DNA of 64,000 nt from Candidatus Omnitrophota bacterium (GTDB taxonomy: Bacteria; Omnitrophota; Gorgyraeia; Zapsychrales; Zapsychraceae), in the NCBI GenBank assembly GCA_003528115.1, contig DOGZ01000006.1, forward strand, positions 64,076-128,075, written 5' to 3'. This document shows positions 48,910 to 59,284 of the stretch, in pieces; within the stretch, counting starts at the first letter, position 1, and each line of letters begins with the position of its first letter. Under the pieces are notes generated by a model. That model did not search any database, was not told the origin of the DNA, and saw only the letters and a list, made by a program, of their open reading frames with translations. The translations under genes and the position numbers were made by a program.

Positions 48910-49680
48910 TTAAAACCTGAGATACTTGCGGCAAAGGCCGGTAAGAAAGAGAGGTAAAATAAAAAGACCGCTAAAAGCTTCGATAACGGCAACCGCTTTA
49001 CTAAATCCAATAGGAATTACATATTCAGCGCCCACTTTAGTGAACGTGGTAAAACTAAAATAGGTTGCCTGAAATAAATCAGGTTTTATGATCATATTGT
49101 CCCTGCTAAGGTGTCCGCGGGTATATAACACCGAGCATAAGAGAACCAACAAAAAGCCGAAAAACGCTGTACGGTGAGGTCGCTCACCATGCCCCCATAC
49201 GAGGGAAGAAAAGGTCAAGGTTATAAGGGGAACCAATCTCCTGCCAACTAACTTGAGGTTGAACTTAATTTCCACATTATCATCTTTCTTCGAAGCACGA
49301 AACAAATCAAAGAATAGAAATTTTCGATAAGATTCTTTGGACCTAAAAAAACATTCGGAATAGGCAAGGTAATCATGATCCCGCTCATAACTGACTGCCG
49401 CATATTTATAGAGCATGGAGGCATACTCTAAATCCATGGAAACCTCTGCTTCTCGGGCGGCTTCCTCATAAAGGTAGGCGATACGCTGAAATGTTTTTTG
49501 CCCAAACATAAGCGCCAGGCTGCTTGCCGCGGCAGCCAAACAAATCGCCGCCTGATTATGTTTTTCTTCCTTTTGAAAGGCCCTGGCAGCTTGAAAATAT
49601 AAATCCCCCGCATCTTCATACTTATGTTCCCCAAGAAGCTGTTGGGCTTTTTGCTCAAGCGATTTTAAATCTGATGCCAT
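48910..49680 (-). CDS. helical-repeat protein with a 2-TM ion-channel domain (degenerate filter)
   Basis: WGHGERP, YFSFTTFTKVGAE, AVIEAFSG. Confidence 0.7.
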   Translation of the reverse strand: MASDLKSLEQKAQQLLGEHKYEDAGDLYFQAARAFQKEEKHNQAAICLAAAASSLALMFGQKTFQRIAYLYEEAAREAEVSMDLEYASMLYKYAAVSYERDHDYLAYSECFFRSKESYRKFLFFDLFRASKKDDNVEIKFNLKLVGRRLVPLITLTFSSLVWGHGERPHRTAFFGFLLVLLCSVLYTRGHLSRDNMIIKPDLFQATYFSFTTFTKVGAEYVIPIGFSKAVAVIEAFSGLFILPLFLTGLCRKYLRF

Positions 49681-49681
49681 T

Positions 49682-50014
49682 TTATAGCCCTTTCAAGGCA
49701 TCTTCGCGATTCTCAAAAATACCGAATAACTTATGCACTTTGGTAATCTCAAATACACCTATATTTCTTTTATTGACATGACATAAGCGCATGCGCCCGC
49801 CGACTTTTTCCAAATTTTGAAACATCTCGAGAAGGGTGGCAATCCCTGAGCTGTCAATAAAGCCAACCTTTTCAAAATCAATTAAAACCTTGATATTCCC
49901 GTCTTTTAAAATTTTTTTAAAGGTCTCCCGCAACATATTGGAATAATTCATATTGAGTTCACCCTCCAATTTAACAATGACATTATCGTTTATTTTCTCA
50001 ATTTTTATGTTCAC
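49682..50014 (-). CDS. STAS anti-sigma factor antagonist
   Basis: GELN, FIDSSGIATL. Confidence 0.9.
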   Translation of the reverse strand: MNIKIEKINDNVIVKLEGELNMNYSNMLRETFKKILKDGNIKVLIDFEKVGFIDSSGIATLLEMFQNLEKVGGRMRLCHVNKRNIGVFEITKVHKLFGIFENREDALKGL

Positions 50015-50474
50015 TTTCCCCTCCCTTGCTTTCAAACAACTTAATCATTTTAATCGTTCGTCCTTTACTGAAGAATTTCACGTCATTCATTATCTTTCTG
50101 ATTAAATATATCCCGCGACCTTGATGTTGCATAATATTCTCCGGCGTGGTGGGATCCGGTAAGACACGATAATCAAATCCTTCTCCCTGGTCACTCACTT
50201 CCAGGGTCAATTGGCTTTTATCAATTTTGATGAGGACATGGACACCTAAAGCACTGTTCAATTTATTCCCATGCTTAACGGCATTAACGACTGCTTCATG
50301 CAAACAAAACTTTATGTTAAAAATGTCGTTTTCCTTCACGGGCAGAAGACGCAACTTTTCAACCGCCGAAGAAATAAAATCAGGCACAAGGGCCATCTTT
50401 GAAGGAATGGTTTCATTAAGAATTATTGTTGAGGCCATTGGATTGTTTTGGGCTTGCTGAAGAACATTAACCAT
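49998..50474 (-). CDS. RsbW-like anti-sigma/serine kinase
   Basis: HEAVVNAVKHGN, DQGEGF, GRGIYLI. Confidence 0.9.
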   Translation of the reverse strand: MVNVLQQAQNNPMASTIILNETIPSKMALVPDFISSAVEKLRLLPVKENDIFNIKFCLHEAVVNAVKHGNKLNSALGVHVLIKIDKSQLTLEVSDQGEGFDYRVLPDPTTPENIMQHQGRGIYLIRKIMNDVKFFSKGRTIKMIKLFESKGGESEHKN

Positions 50475-50562
50475 ACGGTTTTAATTAAGGCGGTAGTATA
50501 TCAAAATATCCCATCTGCGCAAAATAAAAATAATCTGCCTTAACAATGGATAGCTTAACGGC

Positions 50563-52479
50563 CTAAACAATTTTAACAACGACCAGGGTAATATCGTCAT
50601 GCTGTTTGGATTTTGACTCGAATGTTGTTACATCTTTTTCAATCACCTCGCGCAGTTGTTGCGCTGATAAATCCCGGTGAGCATCCGCTAAAGACGCAAG
50701 CTTCTCGGCCGTGTACATCTCGGATTTGGCATTGACAGCCTCAGTTATCCCATCCGTATAAAAAATAAAGATGTCGCCTTGCTCATATTTTACCTGATTA
50801 CCCGAATAAGGCCTTTTGATCATCCCTAAAGGCAATCCTTCCGCCACATCTAAAAAAACTGGTTTTTTATCTTTAGCTAAATATAAAACAGGAACATGTC
50901 CGCCATTGGCATACGCCATGACCCGGCTGTCAAGATCAAAAACCCCATAAAAAAGAGTCACCAAAAGATTCGCGGAAGATTCTTGAATAATTTTTTCATT
51001 CAAATGGCGCAACGCCTCCTGCGGGGCAATCTCCGGCTTGGCAAAAAACTTAAATGAACTCGTGACCATGGCCATAAAAAGGCTGGCGGGGACCCCTTTC
51101 CCCGTGACATCCCCTATCAACACCCCGAATTTCCCCTCATCAAATTCAAAAAAATCATAGAGATCACCCCCTACCTGACGGGCAGTAAGCATAGCCGCAG
51201 TCATATCAAATCCCGCAATCGTAGGCACTATCGCGGGGAGGAAACTTTGCTGTATCTGTTTGGCAATTTGCAGCTCTTTTTCCAAGACAATGCGTTCCTT
51301 AAATTCCATAATATATTTGAACAATGTGCAGGAAAAATAAAGAAGACTGGTAATGAACATGGGATAAAAGATGTCGATCCAAAGGCCTCGCATATTAAAA
51401 AACAACACGCACGATAAAACAAAAATAGAATTGACTCCCAGAAGAATTCCCAATGCCCGCAGAGGAGAAGTCTTGGTAGAAGATGCAAAGATAAATAGAA
51501 CCAAAAGAAAAAGGATACACAAATTGACTGCCTTCGATTCTCTTGTAATAAAATTTTTATTGATGATCGAGTTAAAAATTTCCGCGTGTATCCCTACAGC
51601 AGGGTAAAGCGACTCGAGCGGGGTTGAATGCAAATCCGTTGTTCCGTCTGCCGTAAAACCGACCAGGCATACCTTGCCTTTAAAAACATTGAGATCCAGC
51701 AGGCCTTCTTCTCCCGTGGTGTGGGCCTTATACGACTGCAGGATATCTACGTATGAATAGTGTTGACACTCGCCTCCCCATTTCCCGGAAAAATTGATAA
51801 TAATGTTTGAGTTTTCATCCAATGGTATTTTTTGGTGAGAGCCATACGCGAAATGCCCTCCCGGTACCAGACGGCTATTGTGCTGGCCCAATCCCAAATA
51901 ATCATAACTTACTAAGAAAGCCATGGAAGGGTACATATCTTTTTTATAGCGAATATACAAAGGGACTCTTCTAAATTTTCCATCAAAATCAGGAATAATA
52001 TTAATATGCCCTGTCCCCTTGGCGAGACGTGTGAGGTTTTCTAAATTTTGCGCGGAATATTTAACGGCCTGAAGCATGTTCCGTTCCGTTTTAGGGACAA
52101 CTTCAAAAACATAGGGCAAATAGACATTCCCGGCAGAACGCATGGCTTCCTGTAATTCGTTATCCCCTCTCTGGGGCTCGCTAAAAAAAATGTCGAAGAC
52201 AATGGCCTTGGCGCCAAATTCGGAAAGGGCTTTGATGAGCATTGCGTGATACCCCCTATCCAAGGGAAAGCGACCGAGTTTTTCGATGGTATCATTGCCA
52301 ATTTCAATAATAACAATTTTATCTGTTGCTGGGATATGGGGACGAAACCGAAACCGCAAATCGAGGGTGCCCAATTCATAATTATCGAAAAGGTGGAAGT
52401 ATGACCCCGCAAAAATAGAGCTGATGATTAAAAGGATTGAAACGGCCAAAATACCGCGTTTGAGAAATTTTGTAAACAT
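50563..52479 (-). CDS. CHASE2 sensor with SpoIIE/PP2C phosphatase
   Basis: DFDGKFRRVPL (CHASE2); VGGDLYD, GDVTGKG, YTDGITE, DDITL. Confidence 0.9.
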   Translation of the reverse strand: MFTKFLKRGILAVSILLIISSIFAGSYFHLFDNYELGTLDLRFRFRPHIPATDKIVIIEIGNDTIEKLGRFPLDRGYHAMLIKALSEFGAKAIVFDIFFSEPQRGDNELQEAMRSAGNVYLPYVFEVVPKTERNMLQAVKYSAQNLENLTRLAKGTGHINIIPDFDGKFRRVPLYIRYKKDMYPSMAFLVSYDYLGLGQHNSRLVPGGHFAYGSHQKIPLDENSNIIINFSGKWGGECQHYSYVDILQSYKAHTTGEEGLLDLNVFKGKVCLVGFTADGTTDLHSTPLESLYPAVGIHAEIFNSIINKNFITRESKAVNLCILFLLVLFIFASSTKTSPLRALGILLGVNSIFVLSCVLFFNMRGLWIDIFYPMFITSLLYFSCTLFKYIMEFKERIVLEKELQIAKQIQQSFLPAIVPTIAGFDMTAAMLTARQVGGDLYDFFEFDEGKFGVLIGDVTGKGVPASLFMAMVTSSFKFFAKPEIAPQEALRHLNEKIIQESSANLLVTLFYGVFDLDSRVMAYANGGHVPVLYLAKDKKPVFLDVAEGLPLGMIKRPYSGNQVKYEQGDIFIFYTDGITEAVNAKSEMYTAEKLASLADAHRDLSAQQLREVIEKDVTTFESKSKQHDDITLVVVKIV

Positions 52480-52693
52480 GCTGAGCCTTTTAGGACTTTC
52501 GCGTTTGGATGAAATGCGAGGCGCAACCGAGGAGTCCCGGGAAAAGCTCGGGATAAACTCCGCGAGGCGTACTGTTGTGTACGCTGAACAAGCGCAGAAG
52601 GTTGCAACTTTCTAACCACTCCATAGCTATTAGCTTACCTCAATATCTTTGTCTTGGAAATGGTATCTATTGAAAAATCCGGGTTAAATAAAT

Positions 52694-52718
52694 AAGCCCG
52701 CTTGTTTCAGCGGGCCTA
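52694..52718 (-). terminator. intrinsic terminator after the P1B-ATPase
   Basis: GCCCGCT/AGCGGGC stem with AT-rich flank. Confidence 0.55.
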
Positions 52719-52741
52719 TTTTCCTTAATGTTATAAAATCC

Positions 52742-54889
52742 CTATCGAAGTAATCGAAGCGCATTAAAAACAACGACGATAGTAGCCCCCATATCCGCCG
52801 CAATCGCCATCCAGAGATTTGAAATCCCTACAAATGTAAGAATGACAAAAAGTCCTTTAACGCCAATTGAAAAGGCAATGTTTTGTTGAATAATCTTAAG
52901 TGTCCGATGGGAATGTTGGATTAACCAAGGAATTTTTTCAATGTTATCGGACATCAAGGCGATATCCGCAGTTTCGATTGCCATGTCCGTTCCCATCCCC
53001 GCCATCGCAATGCCAATGTGGGCAGAGGCTAAAGCCGGGGTATCGTTAATCCCATCACCAATCATGCCGGTTTTATATTTTTGAGAAAGATCGTGAATAA
53101 TTTTGACTTTATCCTCCGGTAATAATTGGGCATGCACTTCATCCATCCCCAGGGATTTTCCGACCGCTTGGGCGGTTTGCCAATTGTCCCCCGTCAATAA
53201 AATCACTTTTTGAATTCCCAAAACTTTAAGCTCTCGAACAATATCTTTGACATCCGCTCGGATTTGGTCCTTCAGCGTTATGATGCCGCAAATATGTTCC
53301 TGATCGCAAATCCCAACAATGGTATGCGCCTCGTCTTCAAGATTTTTTGCAAGCGTATGAAATTCTTCGGTTTCAACACCGAGTTCGTCCATCATTTTAT
53401 GACTGCCAATCCAGTACTTTTTCCCGTCAACGAACCCGTAAGCTCCTTTCCCGGGAAGAACGGTATATTCCGTTGAAGCCAAGGATTTAATTTGTGATTG
53501 TTTTGCCTTCTTTAAAATGGACCGCGCTAAAGGATGGCAGCTGTGCTGTTCTAAGGCCGCGGCGAGTCCAAGCAGTCGGGTTTCCGTATTCCCATTTAAA
53601 GGAATAATCTTTTCGACTTGAGGTTTTCCATACGTGATCGTCCCCGTTTTATCCAAGGCCAAAACCGACATTCGACCAATGCCTTCCAAAAAGACACCGC
53701 CTTTAATTAAAATTCCGTTTCTGGCCGCGCGGGTCAACCCGGCCACAATACTAACGGGAGTCGAAATCACCAGCGCGCAAGGACAACCGATGACCAAAAG
53801 AACCAAGGCATCATAAAACCATTTTGACCAATTCCCCAAAAATAAAGGCGGTATGGTAGCAATGACAACAGCAATCAGCAGCATAAAAGGTGTATAGTAA
53901 CGCGCGAACTTGTCTACCCATTGTTCGCTGGGTGCCTTGCGATCCAGCCCTTCTTCAACCATTCGAATAATTCTCGCCAATGTGGTGTCGCTTGCTGGTT
54001 TGGTCACGCTAAATTCAATAGAGCTTTCCTCATTCAAGGTCCCTGCGTAAACGTTGTCCCCTATCGTTTTGGTAACAGGGACGGCTTCTCCCGTGAGCAT
54101 GCTTTCATTGATCGCGGACGTTCCTTGAGTGATTGTCCCATCCAAAGCGATCTTTTCCCCCGGTCGAACCAGAACAGTCGAATTAAGAGGAATCTCTTCG
54201 ACAGGTTTTTCTGCAACGATGCCGTCTGAAGTCCTATAACGCGCAACCGGCGGAGAAATCTGTAACAAGGATTCAATCGCGCGACGCGCCTTGGAAACGC
54301 TCCAGGACTCCAGATAAAGAGAAATCGCAAAAAGAAAGATGACCGTCGCGCCTTCAAACCATTCGCCGATAATCACGGCGCCGATCACGGCAATCGTCAT
54401 TAATAGATTAATGTTCGGACTTAACGTTCGAATGGCATACATAGCCCCGGGAAGAACAAAACAGATCGCCGAAGCGATGGAGAGACTATAAAAAATTATA
54501 CTTAATAACGGCAAGACATGCTGTTCATGGCTACCTTTGATAATATCGGCAATATTTTTATGGAAATATACCTGTGAGAGGAAACCTAAAAGAAGAAATG
54601 TCCCAGATATGACTGTCATTACAAATTTCTTATCAAAAACCCGGGATTTTGACGCGTGTGATTTCTCGAATAAAACCTTCTCCCACAAAACGGCCTCCAT
54701 GCCGGTTTTTTGGATAGAATTAAATAGTTGCTCGACAAGTCGTTCGTCTTCCAACTCCGCGGTCATTTTCCCTTTCAAAACATCAAAAGAGAGACAATCC
54801 TCTCCCCCGACCAAAGGACCGACAGCTTTTTTTAAGATGGCAATCTCCTCAGCGCAATCCATGCCGATGATTTTTAATTCAACCTTCAT
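52742..54889 (-). CDS. cadA: heavy-metal P1B-type ATPase (ZntA/CadA-like)
   Basis: GMDCAEE, TGE, CPCALVIS, DKTGT, HP, GDGINDTP. Confidence 0.88.
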   Translation of the reverse strand: MKVELKIIGMDCAEEIAILKKAVGPLVGGEDCLSFDVLKGKMTAELEDERLVEQLFNSIQKTGMEAVLWEKVLFEKSHASKSRVFDKKFVMTVISGTFLLLGFLSQVYFHKNIADIIKGSHEQHVLPLLSIIFYSLSIASAICFVLPGAMYAIRTLSPNINLLMTIAVIGAVIIGEWFEGATVIFLFAISLYLESWSVSKARRAIESLLQISPPVARYRTSDGIVAEKPVEEIPLNSTVLVRPGEKIALDGTITQGTSAINESMLTGEAVPVTKTIGDNVYAGTLNEESSIEFSVTKPASDTTLARIIRMVEEGLDRKAPSEQWVDKFARYYTPFMLLIAVVIATIPPLFLGNWSKWFYDALVLLVIGCPCALVISTPVSIVAGLTRAARNGILIKGGVFLEGIGRMSVLALDKTGTITYGKPQVEKIIPLNGNTETRLLGLAAALEQHSCHPLARSILKKAKQSQIKSLASTEYTVLPGKGAYGFVDGKKYWIGSHKMMDELGVETEEFHTLAKNLEDEAHTIVGICDQEHICGIITLKDQIRADVKDIVRELKVLGIQKVILLTGDNWQTAQAVGKSLGMDEVHAQLLPEDKVKIIHDLSQKYKTGMIGDGINDTPALASAHIGIAMAGMGTDMAIETADIALMSDNIEKIPWLIQHSHRTLKIIQQNIAFSIGVKGLFVILTFVGISNLWMAIAADMGATIVVVFNALRLLR

Positions 54890-54892
54890 CCT

Positions 54893-56233
54893 TTAGAATT
54901 CGATTTGTGTTTGTACATAAAAGTAATCAATTGGTTTTTTAGATCCGGTTGCGTCTTCGAAGAACTTTCCGGTAAAAAACCTGTTCGCGCTGGCAATGAT
55001 ATTGCAGTTCTCAAAAAGATTGTATGTCGTGATGAGGTTGATTTCATCCCCCAGATTCTTGCTTATCCCATTGGGCGTTTTATCCGAAAGTAAATAATGG
55101 TTATCCAGATTCAAATTCAACTTGGAGGTTAAATCCAGCGATAGGCCCGCAACGAATATATGCATACCGCTGGCTCTGGCGTCGCCCACCGTAATACCGC
55201 TAAGGTCTGGAATAAGACTGGTATCACCCACCAGATAATTATCGTTGTAAATGTTACCGTGAAATTCCCTAAATTTTTTATCTTGGGCATTATTGTCTCC
55301 GCTTCCAAAGGCGTAAGCGGTAAATATACGGGTCTTATGTTCAGAATCCATGGTGTAACCTGCCTCGATATGCCCGCCATAGGCGCTGATAGTATCCTGA
55401 GCCAAACGCTCGGAGTTTTCAATCTTACCAAATTGATAGAGCGGTTCTATCTCATAATCAAATCCACCCTTAGTCTTACCGGCTAATCTTGTTCCTAAAG
55501 TAAACCATTTATCACTAGCCGGAAGGTCGGTATGAAAAAACTGAAAACCGCCTTTGTGATAAAAGAAATATAAATCAACAGCCGAATCGTGCGTTAGTTC
55601 ATAACTCGAATAAGCGCCGTATAAAGCAGGCTCGTTATCGCTTGTATTTTCATTGAGTTTAACGTAACGGGCGCCGATTAAATCTACCCAAAAATTGTCT
55701 TTGGGAGCGATTTTGATTTTTCCCCCATCCCAAACAAGCCCCTCGTAAAAGTCATTCGGGCCTAAAAAGAACGACGTTCCGTAAGAAAGTTCCTGCCGTC
55801 CAACCTTAAGGCCTACGGGAAGATTTTCCATGCCGGAGAATTCAACATACGCCTGATATAGATTCACCTCAGAGTAATCGTCGGGATTCTCCCGCGTATA
55901 GAATTGGCCTTGGATAAAGCCTGCTAATGACTTCATCGGCTTTACGGACAGATTTAGCCGCGTCCTCGAGACGACTTGTTCATCGTGTGTATCAGGGCTA
56001 AAGCCAAAGTCGCTTAAAAGCTGATTTCGAACAAAGTCGCCACGCACACGCGCTTGAGCCCCCATGTGAAAGATATCACTGATTTTCTTTCCAGCATCAA
56101 TTTCATGACGTTCTTCGCCGACCTCCTTTTCCTCATCATGAATACTCGCAGCACTGACACTATGGCCCTGAACGAATACCCCCAAAGCTAAAAACAAGCA
56201 AATTCCCTTAATTTTAAACATGCTTGCCTTCAT
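54893..56233 (-). CDS. alginate-export-family outer-membrane beta-barrel
   Basis: Signal peptide, LYQAY, KVGRQELSYG, C-terminal Phe. Confidence 0.75.
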   Translation of the reverse strand: MKASMFKIKGICLFLALGVFVQGHSVSAASIHDEEKEVGEERHEIDAGKKISDIFHMGAQARVRGDFVRNQLLSDFGFSPDTHDEQVVSRTRLNLSVKPMKSLAGFIQGQFYTRENPDDYSEVNLYQAYVEFSGMENLPVGLKVGRQELSYGTSFFLGPNDFYEGLVWDGGKIKIAPKDNFWVDLIGARYVKLNENTSDNEPALYGAYSSYELTHDSAVDLYFFYHKGGFQFFHTDLPASDKWFTLGTRLAGKTKGGFDYEIEPLYQFGKIENSERLAQDTISAYGGHIEAGYTMDSEHKTRIFTAYAFGSGDNNAQDKKFREFHGNIYNDNYLVGDTSLIPDLSGITVGDARASGMHIFVAGLSLDLTSKLNLNLDNHYLLSDKTPNGISKNLGDEINLITTYNLFENCNIIASANRFFTGKFFEDATGSKKPIDYFYVQTQIEF

Positions 56234-56251
56234 ATTTCTTTCATTTTAATT

Positions 56252-56872
56252 TTATCCTTTATCAAAAATGTTGGTCAAAGCGGCATTTTCTTCGCCCACT
56301 TTATCCAAATCGGATTTGATAAGTTGAAAAGCGTCCAGTAGTTTACGTACCCCTTCTGTCAGCGAACGCGAAGAAATCGTGGCACCCGTCACGCCGTCAA
56401 TATCCTTGCGCACCTGTAAGGGATCCTGCGCTGTTTTCCCCAGATACTGACGCAGAAAACGCCGTTTCGCAATGGGCTTCCCCCTGATTTCTTTATAGTC
56501 CAAAATAACCACTTCGACAACATTCCCCTCGAGGGTGAGGGCAACCAGATAGTGGATACCCCCCCACTTCCCTTTCACTGTATCTTCCAGGGCATAACCG
56601 CCAACCTGCGCCCCCTCTTTGACCGAATACGCGATGACTTTCACAGAATGTCCCTCGCTAAAAATCACGCCGGCGGTTTCTTCAATGCGCCGTATTTGCT
56701 CTTCGGACAAAGCAACAATCTTTTTGTCAAAAGCCAAAGCCTTAGGAAAAACCTGCCTTAACGCTTGATCGGTCGCGATCAATTCTTCAGCGATGGAAAA
56801 GCGGCAAAAAAAGAAAAGGCTGCAGATCACCCAAACGAAGATACACAGAGTGTTTAAGTGGACTCTTTTCAT
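56252..56872 (-). CDS. exported FMN-binding (flavinylated) protein
   Basis: DIDGVTGATISS flavinylation motif. Confidence 0.8.
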   Translation of the reverse strand: MKRVHLNTLCIFVWVICSLFFFCRFSIAEELIATDQALRQVFPKALAFDKKIVALSEEQIRRIEETAGVIFSEGHSVKVIAYSVKEGAQVGGYALEDTVKGKWGGIHYLVALTLEGNVVEVVILDYKEIRGKPIAKRRFLRQYLGKTAQDPLQVRKDIDGVTGATISSRSLTEGVRKLLDAFQLIKSDLDKVGEENAALTNIFDKG

Positions 56873-56884
56873 GATTCGATGTGA

Positions 56885-58246
56885 TTAAAATCCCATGGCG
56901 ACAGAGGTGATAAATCCATCATTGTTTCCTGCTTCCAGGACTTCACTCTTTGTGCGGTTCCACTGATATTCAAATTTAAAGACAACATTATCGATGGGTC
57001 GATAGTTGAGGCCTAATGTCCATCTATCCTCACGATTGTTCGTATTACCGGCGTCCGAATCATCGCTGATGAGCGCCCAATCATATCGCGTGACGGCGGT
57101 CAAGGTCGGATCTTTGAAGTTGCTCCCCAGAAATGTGTTATTCAAAAACTCCGGCCAAAAATGATAATTGAACTGGGTGTAGGCCCCTTGGAAGAAATTG
57201 GCCAAATCGCTGGAAAGCGTTGGGCTTTCCTCGACTCCAAAATACGCATATTCACCGACAAATTCCAATGGACCCCAGTTCGATAACCAATCCATTCCTA
57301 TTCCTGAAATACTATCATCCGTCTTATTGTAGTCGCCCCAATAACCACTAAAAGCCACCTCATGGCCCGATATCGGCTCTACACTAACACGACCAACTAT
57401 GGACTTGCCTTCGTTATTGTCGATTTTAAGGCTATTCTTCGCCCCACCCATACCTGTGTCAGAAAATCCGGTATCTAAACCATTGACAACATAAACTTCA
57501 TATTTCAACAATAAATCTTCATAACTTCCGATAGAGGGATTCATATCACCGAAAAATCCATAACCGGCTTCTGTCCAGGTTGTCGGAATAATATCTCTAG
57601 CCAAGATGGGTCTATCGGATAAATCCTGCAAATCAGAATCATGATAAAGATTATAACGCCCGAAGGGAACCAAAAGCGCGCCTGCCCGAAGATTAACCAT
57701 TTCGTTAATGAGGTAATCTCCGTAGGCCTGTTCAACCTTGATTTCGCCGTCACTGCTGGGCGTATTCGGTCCGCCGTATTCAATTTCCAATTCCGAATTA
57801 AATCTCAATTTGTCATGCATGGCCGCGCCGATATTGATAATCCATCGATGCTGCTGAAATGTTGAATCGGTTTTCGCTAAATCGCGATACTCCGTGTCAA
57901 AATAACCGCCCAGGGTTACATCCCCAAAACCAAAAGGGTTTCGGACAAGAAGGCCGCCGCTTCCCACGGGCCCCTGGCGCCGTCCGACATATTCAACATT
58001 CAGGGTTTCCGCCTTGACTTCCTCTTTAATCTGGTCCCTGATTTCGTCCACTTTATCACTGACCTTCAGCTCCTGATTGGCCTCCAACTGGTCAACCTTC
58101 GCTTGTAAGGCCTGGATTTTCGATTCGTAGTCATCCTTTAACTGCAGAATCATGGTTTTTAACTCTTCGATTGAGTCGGCGTAAACAGGCAGGCTCACCC
58201 ATGCCAAGATCATCATGGCCACTACTGTAATCCTCAACACTCTCAT
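56885..58246 (-). CDS. outer-membrane porin with N-terminal coiled coil
   Basis: Signal peptide, coiled coil, RFNSELEIEYG..VEQAY, C-terminal Phe. Confidence 0.75.
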   Translation of the reverse strand: MRVLRITVVAMMILAWVSLPVYADSIEELKTMILQLKDDYESKIQALQAKVDQLEANQELKVSDKVDEIRDQIKEEVKAETLNVEYVGRRQGPVGSGGLLVRNPFGFGDVTLGGYFDTEYRDLAKTDSTFQQHRWIINIGAAMHDKLRFNSELEIEYGGPNTPSSDGEIKVEQAYGDYLINEMVNLRAGALLVPFGRYNLYHDSDLQDLSDRPILARDIIPTTWTEAGYGFFGDMNPSIGSYEDLLLKYEVYVVNGLDTGFSDTGMGGAKNSLKIDNNEGKSIVGRVSVEPISGHEVAFSGYWGDYNKTDDSISGIGMDWLSNWGPLEFVGEYAYFGVEESPTLSSDLANFFQGAYTQFNYHFWPEFLNNTFLGSNFKDPTLTAVTRYDWALISDDSDAGNTNNREDRWTLGLNYRPIDNVVFKFEYQWNRTKSEVLEAGNNDGFITSVAMGF

Positions 58247-58281
58247 CTCATCCTCCTTTTTTTCGATGGTTGTTAATCCTT

Positions 58282-58299
58282 AACTTCTAATTAGAAGTT
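58282..58299. promoter_or_regulatory. perfect 18-bp palindrome, candidate operator
   Basis: AACTTCTAATTAGAAGTT in a divergent promoter region. Confidence 0.55.
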
Positions 58300-58379
58300 C
58301 GGGGTCAACGAAGGTTATTAATACTTGACTCGACATTTGTACTACGCTAATATAACTTTTAAAAAAATGAATCATACCG

Positions 58380-58940
58380 ATGGAACTTACGCTACCGAAT
58401 TTATTTCACAACTTTCTTAACCTCCTCTCGATAGGATCAAGTGACCACGCGAGCCTTCATGTGCTTGTTGTTCATTTCCCGATTGCCTTATTTTTTACGG
58501 CGCCCTTATTCATTGTCCTGGGATTAACCTTTGAACGGCTGTCCAAAGCCTTTTACGCGGCTTCCCTCCTGCTCATGGGACTGGGGATGCTCACCTTATT
58601 TCTGTCCATCTCGACGGGCGAGGCGGCCAGCGAAACGTTAAATCTTCTTCCTGATGCCCTTGAGACGCTTGAGGCCCATGATCGCCTCAACTTACAATGC
58701 CGCTTCGTGTTTAGCATCCTCACAGGGATCTGGGCTGTTTATGTTTTGTCCTTTTCCCGGCTGAACAAAGTATTTTCCAGAAAAATTCATATCGTCATTC
58801 TACTTTCTTTCCTGCTCATTTATTCGTATGGCCTCCTCATCCTCTTGAGTGCTGCCCATCAGGGCGGCAAACTTGTCCATCATCACGGGATTAAATCAAA
58901 ACTTTTCGACCGACCCGCACTGAGCGTCACCCCTCAGTAG
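58380..58940 (+). CDS. DUF2231-like membrane protein
   Basis: HVLVVHFPIAL, STGEAA, AHQGGKLV. Confidence 0.75.
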   Translation: MELTLPNLFHNFLNLLSIGSSDHASLHVLVVHFPIALFFTAPLFIVLGLTFERLSKAFYAASLLLMGLGMLTLFLSISTGEAASETLNLLPDALETLEAHDRLNLQCRFVFSILTGIWAVYVLSFSRLNKVFSRKIHIVILLSFLLIYSYGLLILLSAAHQGGKLVHHHGIKSKLFDRPALSVTPQ

Positions 58941-59030
58941 TACTGTGTCAACTTAATTGTTAATATGTGGAACACAGTACAACACTGCGCCTTTTCTGAA
59001 AATGTCCGCAATTAATTTGACGGCGCACTA
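58938..59030. mobile_element. 93-bp MITE-like element (family B)
   Basis: Imperfect 22-bp terminal inverted repeats TAGTACTGTGTCAACTTAATTG / TAGTGCGCCGTCAAATTAATTG. Confidence 0.55.
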
Positions 59031-59284
59031 GAGGGAGCGTTTGTCCGGCCATGCTACGAAAACCGCGTTAACAAAAAGCAGGTTCTAACCTTCCCGCCGC
59101 GGGCAGGCTTAAATCTTCCTTGGCTCATGGGAAGGATCACATTTTTTACACGCCGATTGATGTGAATGACAATTCTGACACAGCTCGCCAACTTTGATAG
59201 TCCGCCTGATATAGCTAATAATAAATGTCATCGATAGGGTGAACATTATGACTAAAATAATAATTTCCATCTTGCGACTCCCTT

